Assembly: GCA_001430755.1 (NCBI GenBank)
Contig: CP013062.1
Location: 870,001 to 902,000 of the forward strand
Direction of reading: 5' to 3'
Length of the DNA stretch: 32,000 bases
Source: Candidatus Peribacter riflensis
GTDB taxonomy: Bacteria > Patescibacteriota > Gracilibacteria > Peribacterales > Peribacteraceae
Part shown: one piece after another, positions 1 through 9,450 of the stretch
Layout: the number at the start of each line of letters is the position of its first letter
Numbering within the stretch: position 1 is the first letter of the stretch
The notes under the pieces: model-generated
The model's input: the letters and a program-made list of their open reading frames with translations, nothing else
What the model was told of the DNA's origin: nothing
Databases searched by the model: none
Made by a program: the position numbers and the translations under genes

Positions 1-2
1 AA

Positions 3-479
3 GTAACGGTTGAGGAGCTGTCAGACGGATCGGTCCTCTTCTCGTTCCGCACGCAGAATACGGAAGCGCGTGAAACAATGACACAGGAACTGCTGACACC
101 TTTCTCGCTCCGGGTCATGCTCGCCAGCACGGATGACACAGGCGATCTCTTTGTAGAGGAGCAGGGATGGTTCAATGATACGGGGCTCACCCAAGCCCAT
201 ATCCTCTGGACGGAATCGGCCGCGGATCAGGATGGCAAGGGTGTGGTGCGGCTCGTATTCTCGGAGGAGGGACGTGCTCTGCTCAGGGACGTATTCCAGA
301 AGAACCCCGCAGGGATCCTGGGCCTCTTCGTCCGTGACAAGCTCATGTCCAAAATGCAGATTGAAAGTTCAGAACCGAAGGAAGAAATCACGATTACGGG
401 TATCCCGGTCCCGGATCTTGCTGCTATCTTCGCCGACGACGTGAACGTCGGCACACACATCACGTTCTCTCTTCCTTAA
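3..479 (+). CDS. hypothetical protein, 5'-partial (frame open to the left window edge); tail resembles the SecD periplasmic P1-head segment
   Basis: Frame 3 has no stop from nt 3 to the TAA at 477-479, so the ATG at 78 may be internal. The tail GILGLFVRDKLMSKMQIESSEPKEEITITG parallels KRIAIFVGGELISAPTVQQEIAGGTAIITG of the downstream SecD. I recognise no other family. Confidence 0.5.
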   Translation, partial: VTVEELSDGSVLFSFRTQNTEARETMTQELLTPFSLRVMLASTDDTGDLFVEEQGWFNDTGLTQAHILWTESAADQDGKGVVRLVFSEEGRALLRDVFQKNPAGILGLFVRDKLMSKMQIESSEPKEEITITGIPVPDLAAIFADDVNVGTHITFSLP

Positions 480-507
480 ATCTCCTTCCTATCCTCACCT
501 TCGCATC

Positions 508-2946
508 ATGGAATCCAATCGTCGCTTCATCTGGCCGGTTACCGTAGGCCTCATCGGTGTCTGTCTCCTTTTCATCACGCTCCCCGACAGCTGGAAGACC
601 TGGGCCCCCGGCTTGCTCCGCGCGCCTTCTTTTCACTTCGGGCTCGATTTGGTGGGAGGAACACAGCTCGATTTCCGCATCTCTGAGCAGGAAATGAATG
701 ACCAGATTGAACGACTGACGACAGAAATCCAGCAGCTCAAAGATGCTGGAGCGGGCTCCGAAAAAATCTACATCTTGGAGCAGCAGTTGCAGAGTACGAA
801 ACAGCAGCAGACCTCCGTCGTGGAATCCATCCGCACGGTGCTCGAGCGTCGCATCAACGCGCTGGGCGTGAGCGAGGCGGTGATCACCCCCTCGTACATG
901 GGCGACGAGCGCCATCTGCTCGTCGAGTGTCCGGGTGTAGTCGACACGCAGGCCTGTATCGAAACGGTCGGCAAGACCATTCAATTGGAATTCAAGGAGG
1001 AATTCACCGAGGCAACGGCGGAATTCGAGAAAGGCGTCCGCGAACGCGCAGATGCCTCCCTGCGCCGCATCACCGTGAGCGGTTCGACTCTGGCTGTGGT
1101 GGGGCAGGATCTCGGCTCCACCCTTGGCATCGCCTACAGCGACCAGCAGTGGTTCTTCGAAAAAGATCTTCCGCAGGGACTGGCAGATATCTGGTCGGTA
1201 CCCCGGGGGAAAGTGGTGAAACGGGAAGGCTCGATCATCGTGCCGCAGCAGGATGAGCAGGGACAGGTTACCGAAAAGACCGTTCCGGGAATCTTCCTCG
1301 CAGAAGTTCTGCAGCCACGCACCCAGACGGGACGCGTGATTCAGGAGGCACCGACGGCTTTCGCCCTGCTGGCCAAGGAACGCGGCCTCACCTACACCCC
1401 GCACCTCGAAACTCCCCTCGATGCGAAGGTGGAGCCTTCCCTCGCCGGCGCTTTGCAGGCGATGCAGCCTGGCGATTTGCGCACCGTGAGCGTGGATGAG
1501 ACTTCCGCTGCCCTCCTCTTCCTGCGTGCGCTGATCCCCGGGCAGGAGCAGATGGAAGCGAGCCACATCCTCATCTCCTACAAGGGCGCAGCGGCCGTGG
1601 GAGAGACCGTGACACGCACCAAGGAGGAGGCACTGCAGCTCGCCCAAGACATCAAGAAGCAACTGGATGACGGCGCCGACTTCGCGACGCTGGCCACGCA
1701 GTACTCCGATGACAATGGCGGCAAGGATGGCGGCAGTCTGGGTACCTTCGTCCGCGGAGCAATGGTGGCCCCCTTCGAACAAGCCGCCTTCGCACTCCCG
1801 CAAGCCGGCATCAGCGACCCGACCGAAACGCAATTCGGTTACCACGTCATCCGTGCAGACCGCGCCGCCGCGCTTTCATTCTCAGTCGCCTCCTTCGATG
1901 AACTGCGCTTCAGCGGACTCGATGCCAAAACAAAGGCGGACGTCGCACAGGCAGAACTGCAGGCAGGCAAGGTGACGCAGATGGAAGACGCCATCGCCCT
2001 GCGCACGATCTTCTTCTCGCTCCTCCCCACCGGCTGGAAAGATACGACCCTCACCGGCAAGCACTTCCGTTCGGCCGTCGTGACCTTGGATCCCACGACG
2101 AACCTGCCCATCGTGCAGATCGCCTTCGATGACGAGGGGGCAACGCTCTTCCAGGAACTCACCAAGAACAATGTGGGCAAGCGCATCGCGATCTTCGTGG
2201 GCGGTGAGCTGATCTCGGCCCCCACCGTGCAGCAGGAAATCGCAGGCGGCACGGCCATCATTACCGGCAGCGGCAACTTCGAAGAGGCCAGCCAGCTGGC
2301 ACAGGACCTCAATACGGGCGCCATTCCGGCCCCCATCTATCTGGCAGGGCAGCACACCATCGAGGCAACCCTCGGCGGCGAGGCGCTGGCGGCCTCCCTG
2401 AAAGCCGCACTCATCGGCATCGTCCTGCTCATGCTGTACATGATCCTCATCTATCGCTTCCTTGGCGTACTGGCAGACGTGGCTCTGTTGGGCTATGCCC
2501 TCCTCTTCGTGGCCATCCTCAAACTCCCGCTCTTCTTCTTCTCGAGCCAGTACATCGTGCTCACTCTCGCGGGAATGGCGGGCATCATTCTCTCTATCGG
2601 CATGGCTGTGGATGCGAACGTGCTCATCTTCGAACGCATCAAGGAAGAGCTGAAGAAAGGCAAGCTCGTGACGACGGCCGTGGAAATCGGCTTCAAGCGG
2701 GCCTGGCCGAGCATCCGCGACGGCAATGCATCAACGCTCCTCACCTGCGCCATTCTCTTCATGATCGGCACCTCAGTCGTGCGCGGCTTCTCCATCACCC
2801 TGGGCATGGGCGTGCTCATGTCGATGTTCACGGCCATCACCGTCACGCGCTGGCTCATTCGCAAGACATCCCATCTGGCGTTCGCGAAGAACTCCCGCCT
2901 GCTCGCCGGCATCCGCACCTCGCAGCAGGCAACGCCTTCACTGTGA
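508..2946 (+). CDS. secD: protein translocase subunit SecD with an inserted parvulin (PpiC-type) PPIase domain
   Basis: 812-aa ORF with ATG at 508. It has an N-terminal TM (WPVTVGLIGVCLLFITL) and the SecD pattern LDLVGGTQL. The periplasmic region reads IAIFVGGELISAPTVQQEIAGGTAIITG...NTGAIPAPI. C-terminal TM helices carry GMAVDANVLIFERIKEE and AWPSIRDGNASTLL. No SecF half is present in the ORF. Confidence 0.9.
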   Translation: MESNRRFIWPVTVGLIGVCLLFITLPDSWKTWAPGLLRAPSFHFGLDLVGGTQLDFRISEQEMNDQIERLTTEIQQLKDAGAGSEKIYILEQQLQSTKQQQTSVVESIRTVLERRINALGVSEAVITPSYMGDERHLLVECPGVVDTQACIETVGKTIQLEFKEEFTEATAEFEKGVRERADASLRRITVSGSTLAVVGQDLGSTLGIAYSDQQWFFEKDLPQGLADIWSVPRGKVVKREGSIIVPQQDEQGQVTEKTVPGIFLAEVLQPRTQTGRVIQEAPTAFALLAKERGLTYTPHLETPLDAKVEPSLAGALQAMQPGDLRTVSVDETSAALLFLRALIPGQEQMEASHILISYKGAAAVGETVTRTKEEALQLAQDIKKQLDDGADFATLATQYSDDNGGKDGGSLGTFVRGAMVAPFEQAAFALPQAGISDPTETQFGYHVIRADRAAALSFSVASFDELRFSGLDAKTKADVAQAELQAGKVTQMEDAIALRTIFFSLLPTGWKDTTLTGKHFRSAVVTLDPTTNLPIVQIAFDDEGATLFQELTKNNVGKRIAIFVGGELISAPTVQQEIAGGTAIITGSGNFEEASQLAQDLNTGAIPAPIYLAGQHTIEATLGGEALAASLKAALIGIVLLMLYMILIYRFLGVLADVALLGYALLFVAILKLPLFFFSSQYIVLTLAGMAGIILSIGMAVDANVLIFERIKEELKKGKLVTTAVEIGFKRAWPSIRDGNASTLLTCAILFMIGTSVVRGFSITLGMGVLMSMFTAITVTRWLIRKTSHLAFAKNSRLLAGIRTSQQATPSL

Positions 2947-2950
2947 AGCT

Positions 2951-2977
2951 CCACCAGCTCACGCTGGTGGTTTCTCT
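2951..2977 (+). terminator. stem-loop plus T-rich tail right after the secD stop (candidate intrinsic terminator)
   Basis: CCACCAGC (2951-2958), loop TCAC, GCTGGTGG (2963-2970), followed by TTTCTCT. The secD TGA is at 2944-2946. The convergent otsB stop codon (2959-2961) sits in the loop. Confidence 0.55.
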
Positions 2978-3834
2978 GAGAGCCGCCTTCGGCGGTCGCT
3001 CGCGGAACCCGCCGAAGCAGCTGCGGAAAAATCAACGCATTCCTCCGTCGACTTACATCGACGGCTTCCTGCGAAGGCGGGTGAAGAACGACGGACCCGA
3101 ATGAGCACCGCGAGCAGGCGACCGATCTCCCGCTGGCTCCCAAGCAGGAACGTAGCGCGCGTCCGGCCCCCGCGGCCCACACGGACCGTGATCATGCGCC
3201 TGCGCGCAGCAGCGAAAGCCTCCTCATCTGTTTCGTCGTCGCCGACGAAGAGGCCGCTCTGAGCCCGCGCCCGCTTGAGGAGGAGCATAAGCGCATCCCC
3301 CTTATGAGGCATCTGGAGTGGAAGCAGATTGATCGAGGCTTTACCCGGAAGAAAGCGTATGGGCGGAAGGGAGCGCAGGACCTCCCGCGTGAAATACCGT
3401 TCGAAGATATGCAGGGCAGAGGGCGAACGGCTGTGGACTGTGAACGAGAAGACCTTGTCTTCGAGCCAGGCGCCATCTGCATTGTGCAGGAGACGACGCA
3501 GGTGAGGACGCCAAACGCTGCACGCGCGCCGTGCGGAACGGAGGGCTGCGCGGTGAGCCAGCAACCCCTCCGCCCCGTGATTGCCCACGAGCGAACCGGG
3601 GAACCGCGGAAAGCATCGCCGCAGATCGCTGAGACTGCGCCCCGAAACAATGGCAACGGGACCCAGACTTGCCAGCGTGCGAAGCGCGCGGTCCACGGAA
3701 GAGGGCACGCGCACCAGATCGGGATGCGGCTTGAGCGGCGCAAGCGTCCCGTCGAAATCGAAGGCAAGGAGCACACCGTGCCCCCCGAGAGACTGAAGAG
3801 CATGGCATCCCTGATGGCTCAAAATATCCCGCAC
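2959..3834 (-). CDS. otsB: trehalose-6-phosphate phosphatase (HAD family, OtsB-like)
   Basis: HAD motifs FDFDGTLAP, IVSGRS and GDDETDEEAF. The track ORF runs to 4038, but that part overlaps otsA with an Arg/Pro/His-rich N-terminus and has no internal ATG. I prefer the GTG at 3834, 6 nt after the otsA stop. The start is uncertain. Confidence 0.7.
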   Translation of the reverse strand: MRDILSHQGCHALQSLGGHGVLLAFDFDGTLAPLKPHPDLVRVPSSVDRALRTLASLGPVAIVSGRSLSDLRRCFPRFPGSLVGNHGAEGLLAHRAALRSARRACSVWRPHLRRLLHNADGAWLEDKVFSFTVHSRSPSALHIFERYFTREVLRSLPPIRFLPGKASINLLPLQMPHKGDALMLLLKRARAQSGLFVGDDETDEEAFAAARRRMITVRVGRGGRTRATFLLGSQREIGRLLAVLIRVRRSSPAFAGSRRCKSTEECVDFSAAASAGSASDRRRRLSEKPPA

Positions 3835-3839
3835 GACCG

Positions 3840-6086
3840 TTACGAGGAAGAGAGGAGATCGTACATCGCGACGCGGGCCAGGAACCGATTGCGCGCACGC
3901 GTGCGCGCGGCATCGATGAGAATGCGCCCCGCCCAACGGTAGATATTGAAATCGTGGAGGATGGCACGCATGTTGCGCATGCGGTCTTTCTGCTCCGCCG
4001 GCGGCATGGTGAGGCCGTCGTGGAGCGCTTCCGCACATTCGTCGGTGTGATAGGGATTGACGAGCAGTGCCTCAGGCAGATCGCGTGACGCTCCAGTGAA
4101 CTTGCTCAGAATGAGCACACCCTGCTCATCGTCCCGCGCGGCAACGAACTCCTTGGCCACCAGATTCATGCCATCATGCAGGCTCCCGACAAAGCAGAGG
4201 TCCGCCGCCCGATAGAGCCCCAGAACGTCCGCAGGTTCGTAGTGGCTCGTCTGCAGGATGATCGGTTCGTAGTTGCCTTGGCGGAAGCGTTGGTTGATGC
4301 GATCGCGGATCTCACGCACCTCAAGCTGGAAGCGCTGGTACTGATCGATGCGGGTGCGCGACGGAGCGGCGACCTGAAGGAATGTGAAGCGCCCGATCCA
4401 CTCCGGATGCAGCTCCAGCAGACGTTCCACCGCAAGCAGCTTTTCGGAGATGCCCTTGGTGTAGTCGAAACGATCGACGCCGATTCCGAGCATACGATCC
4501 GCGGGAAGGTCGTAGCGCACGCGTATCGCCTTGCGCGCATCCTCGATGGATTTCGACTGACGCAGTAACCGACCGGGGAACTCGATGGAGATGGGATAGC
4601 GGTTGACGGTTGTCCGCTCTCCCGAAAACGAAATGGTTGAATGCTCGCGATCGATGCGACACTCGAGAAATTGCTCCACCGTGTCGAGGAAGTTATTGAC
4701 GTGGAAACGGGTGTGGAAGCCGAGGATGCTGCTGCCAAGCAGGCCGTTCAAGATCTCCTTGGTCCAGGGACAGATGCCAAAGGCCTCCGGATTCGGCCAC
4801 GGGATGTGCCAGAACATGATAATCGTGGCTTTTGGCAGGCGGGTATGCAACAGGCGCGGCAGCAGGGCGAAGTGATAATCCTGAATGAGGATCACCGGGT
4901 CCTCCGTCTTCGCCTCTTCAACGACTGCTCGGGCGAATTTCTCGTTCACTTCCTGGTAGGTCTCCCAATCTTTGCTGCGGAAGATGGGACGCACATGCGC
5001 GATGTGGCAGAGCGGCCAGATGCCTTCGTTGGCGAAACCGTAGTAGTAGCCGTTCTCCTCCTTTTCGGAGAGCCAGATGCGTCGGAGTGTGTACTTCGGA
5101 TGATCGGGGGGAACCTGGATGTGATCCAGCGCATCGACGACTTCCCGATCGGCTGCACCACTCCCGTGGGCGATCCATACTCCCGAGCAGGCGCGCATGA
5201 TCGGCTCGAGCGCCGTCACGACGCCGCTCGCCGGCGTCTGGACCTCGATCTTTTGGCCGTCGCGGATGTGGATGTACGGCTCGCGGTTGGCAACGACGAT
5301 CACTTCGTCCCCCGCAAGTTCCTTGTGAAGCAGTTCCTTGAGCGTGCGCGGCGTCCAGTCCATCTGGCTGTCATCGCGAAATCTCCGCTCGGATTCAAGA
5401 TTGCGCACGAGGTTCCGCAGATCCCGCGCGATGGGACGCAATTCCGGCGCGGCACCGGACGAAAGCGGCCGGAGTAAGCCCTCTCCGTGAAGGAGGGCGC
5501 GTGTGCCGGAAAGCCAACCGCGCCAGCTCAACTGGGCGACCACCACCGTAATCACCGAAACGATCGCCCCCATGAAAAGCATGAAGTACAGAATGTACTG
5601 CTTCGTGCTCGCGCTCCGGGTACTGACGAAGCTCATGTCATGAACGAGAATCATTTCGCCCACCATCACGCCGCCCGATCCCCGCAACGGGTAGTAAGAA
5701 ACGTGCAGGGGACCCTTGGAAAGCTGCAGAACCTCGCTCTTGAATGTGCTCTGCTCCTGCGTGACATCCTGGCACGTGACTTCGCCGGGGAGCTTTTCCG
5801 TTCTGTAGGTGAGCGCCTGCCGGTCGTTGCAGAATCCGAGGGCATACAAGCGCTCATCCTCCATGAGTCGATCGAGAATGAGCTGCATCCGTGCCTTGGG
5901 CACGGAGTAGTTGTTTGCTCCGTCAAACAGAGAGGTCTCTGAGGCAGAGGCGATAGCCTTCGACCGGAGATCCAGATCTTTCACCGACCACTGCGTCATG
6001 AGGACGTCGACGAGCGGCACAACCGCATAGGCGACTAGCCCCAGCACAATGAAGAGAGGGATGAGAAAACGGAGTGAAAGTCGCAC
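3840..6086 (-). CDS. otsA: alpha,alpha-trehalose-phosphate synthase (GT20, OtsA) with an N-terminal two-TM extracytoplasmic extension
   Basis: GT20 motifs [65 protein letters not shown] and [16 protein letters not shown] start at 6086. N-terminal hydrophobic segments are [20 protein letters not shown] and [23 protein letters not shown]. Confidence 0.9.
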   Translation of the reverse strand: MRLSLRFLIPLFIVLGLVAYAVVPLVDVLMTQWSVKDLDLRSKAIASASETSLFDGANNYSVPKARMQLILDRLMEDERLYALGFCNDRQALTYRTEKLPGEVTCQDVTQEQSTFKSEVLQLSKGPLHVSYYPLRGSGGVMVGEMILVHDMSFVSTRSASTKQYILYFMLFMGAIVSVITVVVAQLSWRGWLSGTRALLHGEGLLRPLSSGAAPELRPIARDLRNLVRNLESERRFRDDSQMDWTPRTLKELLHKELAGDEVIVVANREPYIHIRDGQKIEVQTPASGVVTALEPIMRACSGVWIAHGSGAADREVVDALDHIQVPPDHPKYTLRRIWLSEKEENGYYYGFANEGIWPLCHIAHVRPIFRSKDWETYQEVNEKFARAVVEEAKTEDPVILIQDYHFALLPRLLHTRLPKATIIMFWHIPWPNPEAFGICPWTKEILNGLLGSSILGFHTRFHVNNFLDTVEQFLECRIDREHSTISFSGERTTVNRYPISIEFPGRLLRQSKSIEDARKAIRVRYDLPADRMLGIGVDRFDYTKGISEKLLAVERLLELHPEWIGRFTFLQVAAPSRTRIDQYQRFQLEVREIRDRINQRFRQGNYEPIILQTSHYEPADVLGLYRAADLCFVGSLHDGMNLVAKEFVAARDDEQGVLILSKFTGASRDLPEALLVNPYHTDECAEALHDGLTMPPAEQKDRMRNMRAILHDFNIYRWAGRILIDAARTRARNRFLARVAMYDLLSSS

Positions 6087-6275
6087 GTCTCTATCGTATC
6101 GCAGCTTCCCGCTCTTGATGAGTGTTTTGCCAAGTATTTATGACGTGCTGCACTGGCCTTGTGCTGGCTTAAAAGCGAAAGAATACGGAAAATTCGTGTT
6201 GCGGGTGTCTGCCGATAAGTGTCTGCTCGCCACTGCGCGGTTGAAGCATCCCATTGATTGGGTACCGTACGCACC

Positions 6276-8072
6276 ATGGAGTTCCAGCCCATCCGCAACT
6301 ACGGCTTCATCGGAAATCTCGGATCGTGCGCGCTCGTGAGCAAGGAAGGCTCCATCGACTGGTGTTGTCTTCCGCGTCTGGATGCGCCCAGTATCTTCGC
6401 CTCTCTCCTCGATCCTGAGAATGGCGGTCATTTCTCCATCCGACCCACGTCGGGCATCACAACAATCACCCAAGAGTACCTGCCGCAGACCAACATCCTC
6501 AAGACGACATTTGAAACGACGACGGGAACGTTGGAAGTGCAGGACTGGATGCACATGGGCGGATTCGAATTTGAGGAAGAGGAGCACCATCGTCTCCCCG
6601 CGCTGTACCGTATCGCGCAATGCACACAGGGATCGGTCGCCGTACACGTGATCTACCGTCCGCGACTGGATTACGCCCGCGCCCGGACAGTGTTTTCCGC
6701 GGATGGGGAGGGAGGGGTGATCGCGGAGAGTAAGGAAGATACCGTGCGGCTGCACGCCACCTGTCCGTTCGTCATTGATGCGGAAGGCGCCGAAGCCACT
6801 GTGACACTACACGAAAACGCATCCCTCTCTTTCGTCTGCTCTTACGGACGCGCAGAGCGCGCGGAACTCCCTCCCCCGCTGCGCAGCCTCGAACGTACCG
6901 CTCTCTACTGGCGCCGCTGGCTCACGGAGTGCGAAGGCGGTACGTGCCACGTGCAGAAGCGCTGGCGGGAACATGTTGACCGGTCAGCCCTCGTGCTCAA
7001 GGTACTCGCGGGAGGGCGCGGCATCGCGGCGGCGGCGACGACCTCATTGCCCGAAATTCCCGGCGGCGCGCACAACTGGGATTACCGGTTTAGTTGGGTG
7101 CGTGACACGGCACTTACCGTGCGCGCGCTGGCCTCATTACGACACCTCTCTGACGCGCGGGAATTCGTCGAATGGATCAGTGAGCTTATCACGTCGGGAG
7201 GCCGGCGGCCGTCAGACATCCAGGTCCTCTATCCGCTCCACGCCGAGCAGGTTCCTCCGGAAGAGGAACTCACGCACCTCGCGGGGTACCGCAATTCCAA
7301 GCCTGTGCGGATCGGGAATGCCGCCGTCCATCAGCGACAACTCGACATCTACGGCGAGATCCTGAATACGGTGTTCCTCTCGGAACTGCTGCAGACAGGC
7401 GCGGGAGATATTCTGAGCAACGTGCTGCGCGATATTGTCGAATACGTCTGCGACATTTGGCGTGAACCCGATCACGGCATCTGGGAACTCAGAGTGGAAC
7501 CCCAGCAGTACACCTACTCGAAGGTGATGTGCTGGGTCGCCATCGATCGCGGCATCCGTCTGGCACAGGCGCACGCATGGAACATTGATACGGCACGATG
7601 GGAGCGGGAGCGCGATGCCATTTATGCGGCAGTGATGGAACAGGGATGGAGCGAGAAACGACGTGCATTCGTGCAGACGTTCGGCTCCGAGGTGCTGGAC
7701 GCGACCGCACTGCTCTTTCCGCTCCTCGGGTTCCTGCCCGGGGATCATCCACGTGCGCTCTCAACGCTCGAAACGATCATGCGCGATCTCGCGGACGGCG
7801 CACTCGTGTACCGCAGCGATCACCACCATCGTAAAGAGGGCGCGTTCGCCTTCTGCAGTTTCTGGCTCGTGGATGCGCTGGCCACCGCTGGCCGCGTCGA
7901 AGAGGCGCGAGAACGCTTTGAAGAGCTGCTTCACATGGGGAACCACCTGGGCCTCTACGCCGAAGAGATCGATCCGGCGACCGGCGATTTTCTCGGCAAT
8001 TTCCCGCAGGCCTTCACACATGTCGGGCTCATCAACAGCGCCGTGAAGCTGAATGCGCTGCTGCCGGAGTAG
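6276..8072 (+). CDS. glycoside hydrolase family 15 protein (glucoamylase/trehalase-like)
   Basis: N-terminal pattern IRNYGFIGNLGSCALVSKEGSIDWCCLPRLDAPSIFASLLD. Catalytic-domain motifs TSLPEIPGGAHNWDYRFSWVRDTA and LYAEEIDPATGDFLGNFPQAFTHVGLINSA. I prefer the ATG at 6276 over the TTG at 6258. Confidence 0.85.
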   Translation: MEFQPIRNYGFIGNLGSCALVSKEGSIDWCCLPRLDAPSIFASLLDPENGGHFSIRPTSGITTITQEYLPQTNILKTTFETTTGTLEVQDWMHMGGFEFEEEEHHRLPALYRIAQCTQGSVAVHVIYRPRLDYARARTVFSADGEGGVIAESKEDTVRLHATCPFVIDAEGAEATVTLHENASLSFVCSYGRAERAELPPPLRSLERTALYWRRWLTECEGGTCHVQKRWREHVDRSALVLKVLAGGRGIAAAATTSLPEIPGGAHNWDYRFSWVRDTALTVRALASLRHLSDAREFVEWISELITSGGRRPSDIQVLYPLHAEQVPPEEELTHLAGYRNSKPVRIGNAAVHQRQLDIYGEILNTVFLSELLQTGAGDILSNVLRDIVEYVCDIWREPDHGIWELRVEPQQYTYSKVMCWVAIDRGIRLAQAHAWNIDTARWERERDAIYAAVMEQGWSEKRRAFVQTFGSEVLDATALLFPLLGFLPGDHPRALSTLETIMRDLADGALVYRSDHHHRKEGAFAFCSFWLVDALATAGRVEEARERFEELLHMGNHLGLYAEEIDPATGDFLGNFPQAFTHVGLINSAVKLNALLPE

Positions 8073-8075
8073 TGG

Positions 8076-8600
8076 TTACTCTTCTTCCTGCTGCTGCTTC
8101 TTCCAGCAGCATTTCTTGAACTTCTTGTGGCTCCCGCACGGACAGGGGTCGTTGCGGCCAACTTTTGGCTGTTCCCGACGCACCGGTTCGGCATGGAGAA
8201 GAGTTTTGAGCTGCGCGAGCACACCCTCAGCAACGGCATTACTGGCCTCTTTATCTGCGCCCTCCGCATTCCCAAGATGCACGCTTTCCAGCTGCTCCAG
8301 AGCACTAGTCATCGCAGTGAAATCGATCGACCGTGCTCCTCTCCCTGTGAATACACTCGTGAGTGCATGGTGGATCACTGATACAAGAGAAGGTTGCTCC
8401 CCCTCTGCCGCTCGAGCCGCCTGCAGTCCTTCATTGGTCGCTTCCAGAATTTTTTTGAATAGACCACTCCTGCGCAGTAACGAGGCCGGCTTCCTGCTCA
8501 AGATCTGTTCAAGATGCTCAAACAACTCGTCATCACTGACACTGCATGGAGCCGTTGGCTCCCGTTCATCATGCCGTTCATGTGCGCAAGCTTCGGACAT
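8076..8600 (-). CDS. SEC-C motif domain protein
   Basis: The C-terminus [18 protein letters not shown] is the SecA-C-terminal-type metal-binding (SEC-C) motif. The rest is acidic and helical with no other recognisable domain. ATG at 8600 is preceded by TACGTT plus 8 nt. Confidence 0.75.
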   Translation of the reverse strand: MSEACAHERHDEREPTAPCSVSDDELFEHLEQILSRKPASLLRRSGLFKKILEATNEGLQAARAAEGEQPSLVSVIHHALTSVFTGRGARSIDFTAMTSALEQLESVHLGNAEGADKEASNAVAEGVLAQLKTLLHAEPVRREQPKVGRNDPCPCGSHKKFKKCCWKKQQQEEE

Positions 8601-8699
8601 AGCAGATCAACGTATCACCGCTGTAATCCCCCATACAAGACTGAAACCGGAGAAAGATCGGTGCATCAATTCCTGGTCAGAAATCGGGCTTTCCATAGC

Positions 8700-9347
8700 T
8701 CAGGCCGCCATGGCGACAGGTGTCCCTTCGTTCTTTTTGGCCTCAAGCTCACGGAATCTGCCTGCGCGCACCAATGCTCTGTCCCCCTCATCCATCGTGA
8801 CCTGGGCAAACCGGCGGTACTCGTCAGAAAGAAAGTCGATGCGCTTCTGGCAGGAAATGGCCGCCATTTCACGGACGGCACGTGTGTCGTACGCCTCTCT
8901 GCCAATGGTCACTGTTTCTGCATCAGCCTGAGCGGATTGCTGCGTATGCTCCTGCTCGTGGACAAGAATATCTTTCGCCTTCTCCACATCGATGATGCCG
9001 TCAGCCCCCGTGAGCTTGCCCGGATCGATGCGGATCGTGTTTGTTCCGAGCTGCGCCTCTCCCGCCACATCATCATCCAGCTTCTTCAGTGTGAGAGAGG
9101 AACCGCGGAACGCCTCATCCAGATCATCCGCAGCATGTTGAAGCTCGGCAGCTGTCTCCGTTCGTTCCTCAGGAGAGGCCTGCTCCAGGGCAACGGCGAC
9201 TTCGGAGCGGGTGGTATCAGTCAATCCCTGACGGACCTCCAACGCGCGTTCCATGAGACGAGCCTTCAGGGCATCCACCGTGCCCTCCGGCCGCTCGGCA
9301 ACCTCATCGTAGAGTGCCTGTGCATGCTCAAGGGATGTCATATGCAC
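8700..9347 (-). CDS. hypothetical protein with an HExxH motif (DUF4157-like putative Zn-metallopeptidase fold)
   Basis: 215-aa ORF with GTG at 9347 or ATG at 9341. The segment GTNTIRIDPGKL...DILVHEQEHTQQ matches the H-E-x-x-H-x-x-Q pattern I associate with DUF4157. The composition looks like a real protein. I recognise no other family. Confidence 0.55.
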   Translation of the reverse strand: MHMTSLEHAQALYDEVAERPEGTVDALKARLMERALEVRQGLTDTTRSEVAVALEQASPEERTETAAELQHAADDLDEAFRGSSLTLKKLDDDVAGEAQLGTNTIRIDPGKLTGADGIIDVEKAKDILVHEQEHTQQSAQADAETVTIGREAYDTRAVREMAAISCQKRIDFLSDEYRRFAQVTMDEGDRALVRAGRFRELEAKKNEGTPVAMAA

Positions 9348-9450
9348 TCATCGTGACGGAGAAAAAGCAATTCACCAACCGTTTGGACGGCAAAGTGGAG
9401 GAGGATACAGAAAACGGCTTCTTTCAGCCAAACATCAAGACTCTCTCAAC

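Noticed and set aside
460-1845. 461-aa minus-strand ORF opposite secD
   Set aside because: It is antisense to a strongly recognisable SecD/parvulin frame. Its product is Arg/Gly/Leu/His-rich with no motifs. This is a typical shadow ORF of GC-rich DNA.
3835-4038. N-terminal 68 codons of the track ORF 2959-4038 (otsB extension)
   Set aside because: They overlap the otsA 3' end by ~200 nt. They encode a His/Arg/Pro-rich peptide unrelated to HAD phosphatases. The conserved DxDGT motif begins shortly after the GTG at 3834.
8053-9356. Plus-strand ORFs 8053-8931 (292 aa) and 8514-9356 (280 aa)
   Set aside because: They are antisense to the SEC-C-motif and HExxH genes. Their products are Ser/Cys/Arg-rich with no motifs. 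The minus-strand SEC-C tail is a specific signature.
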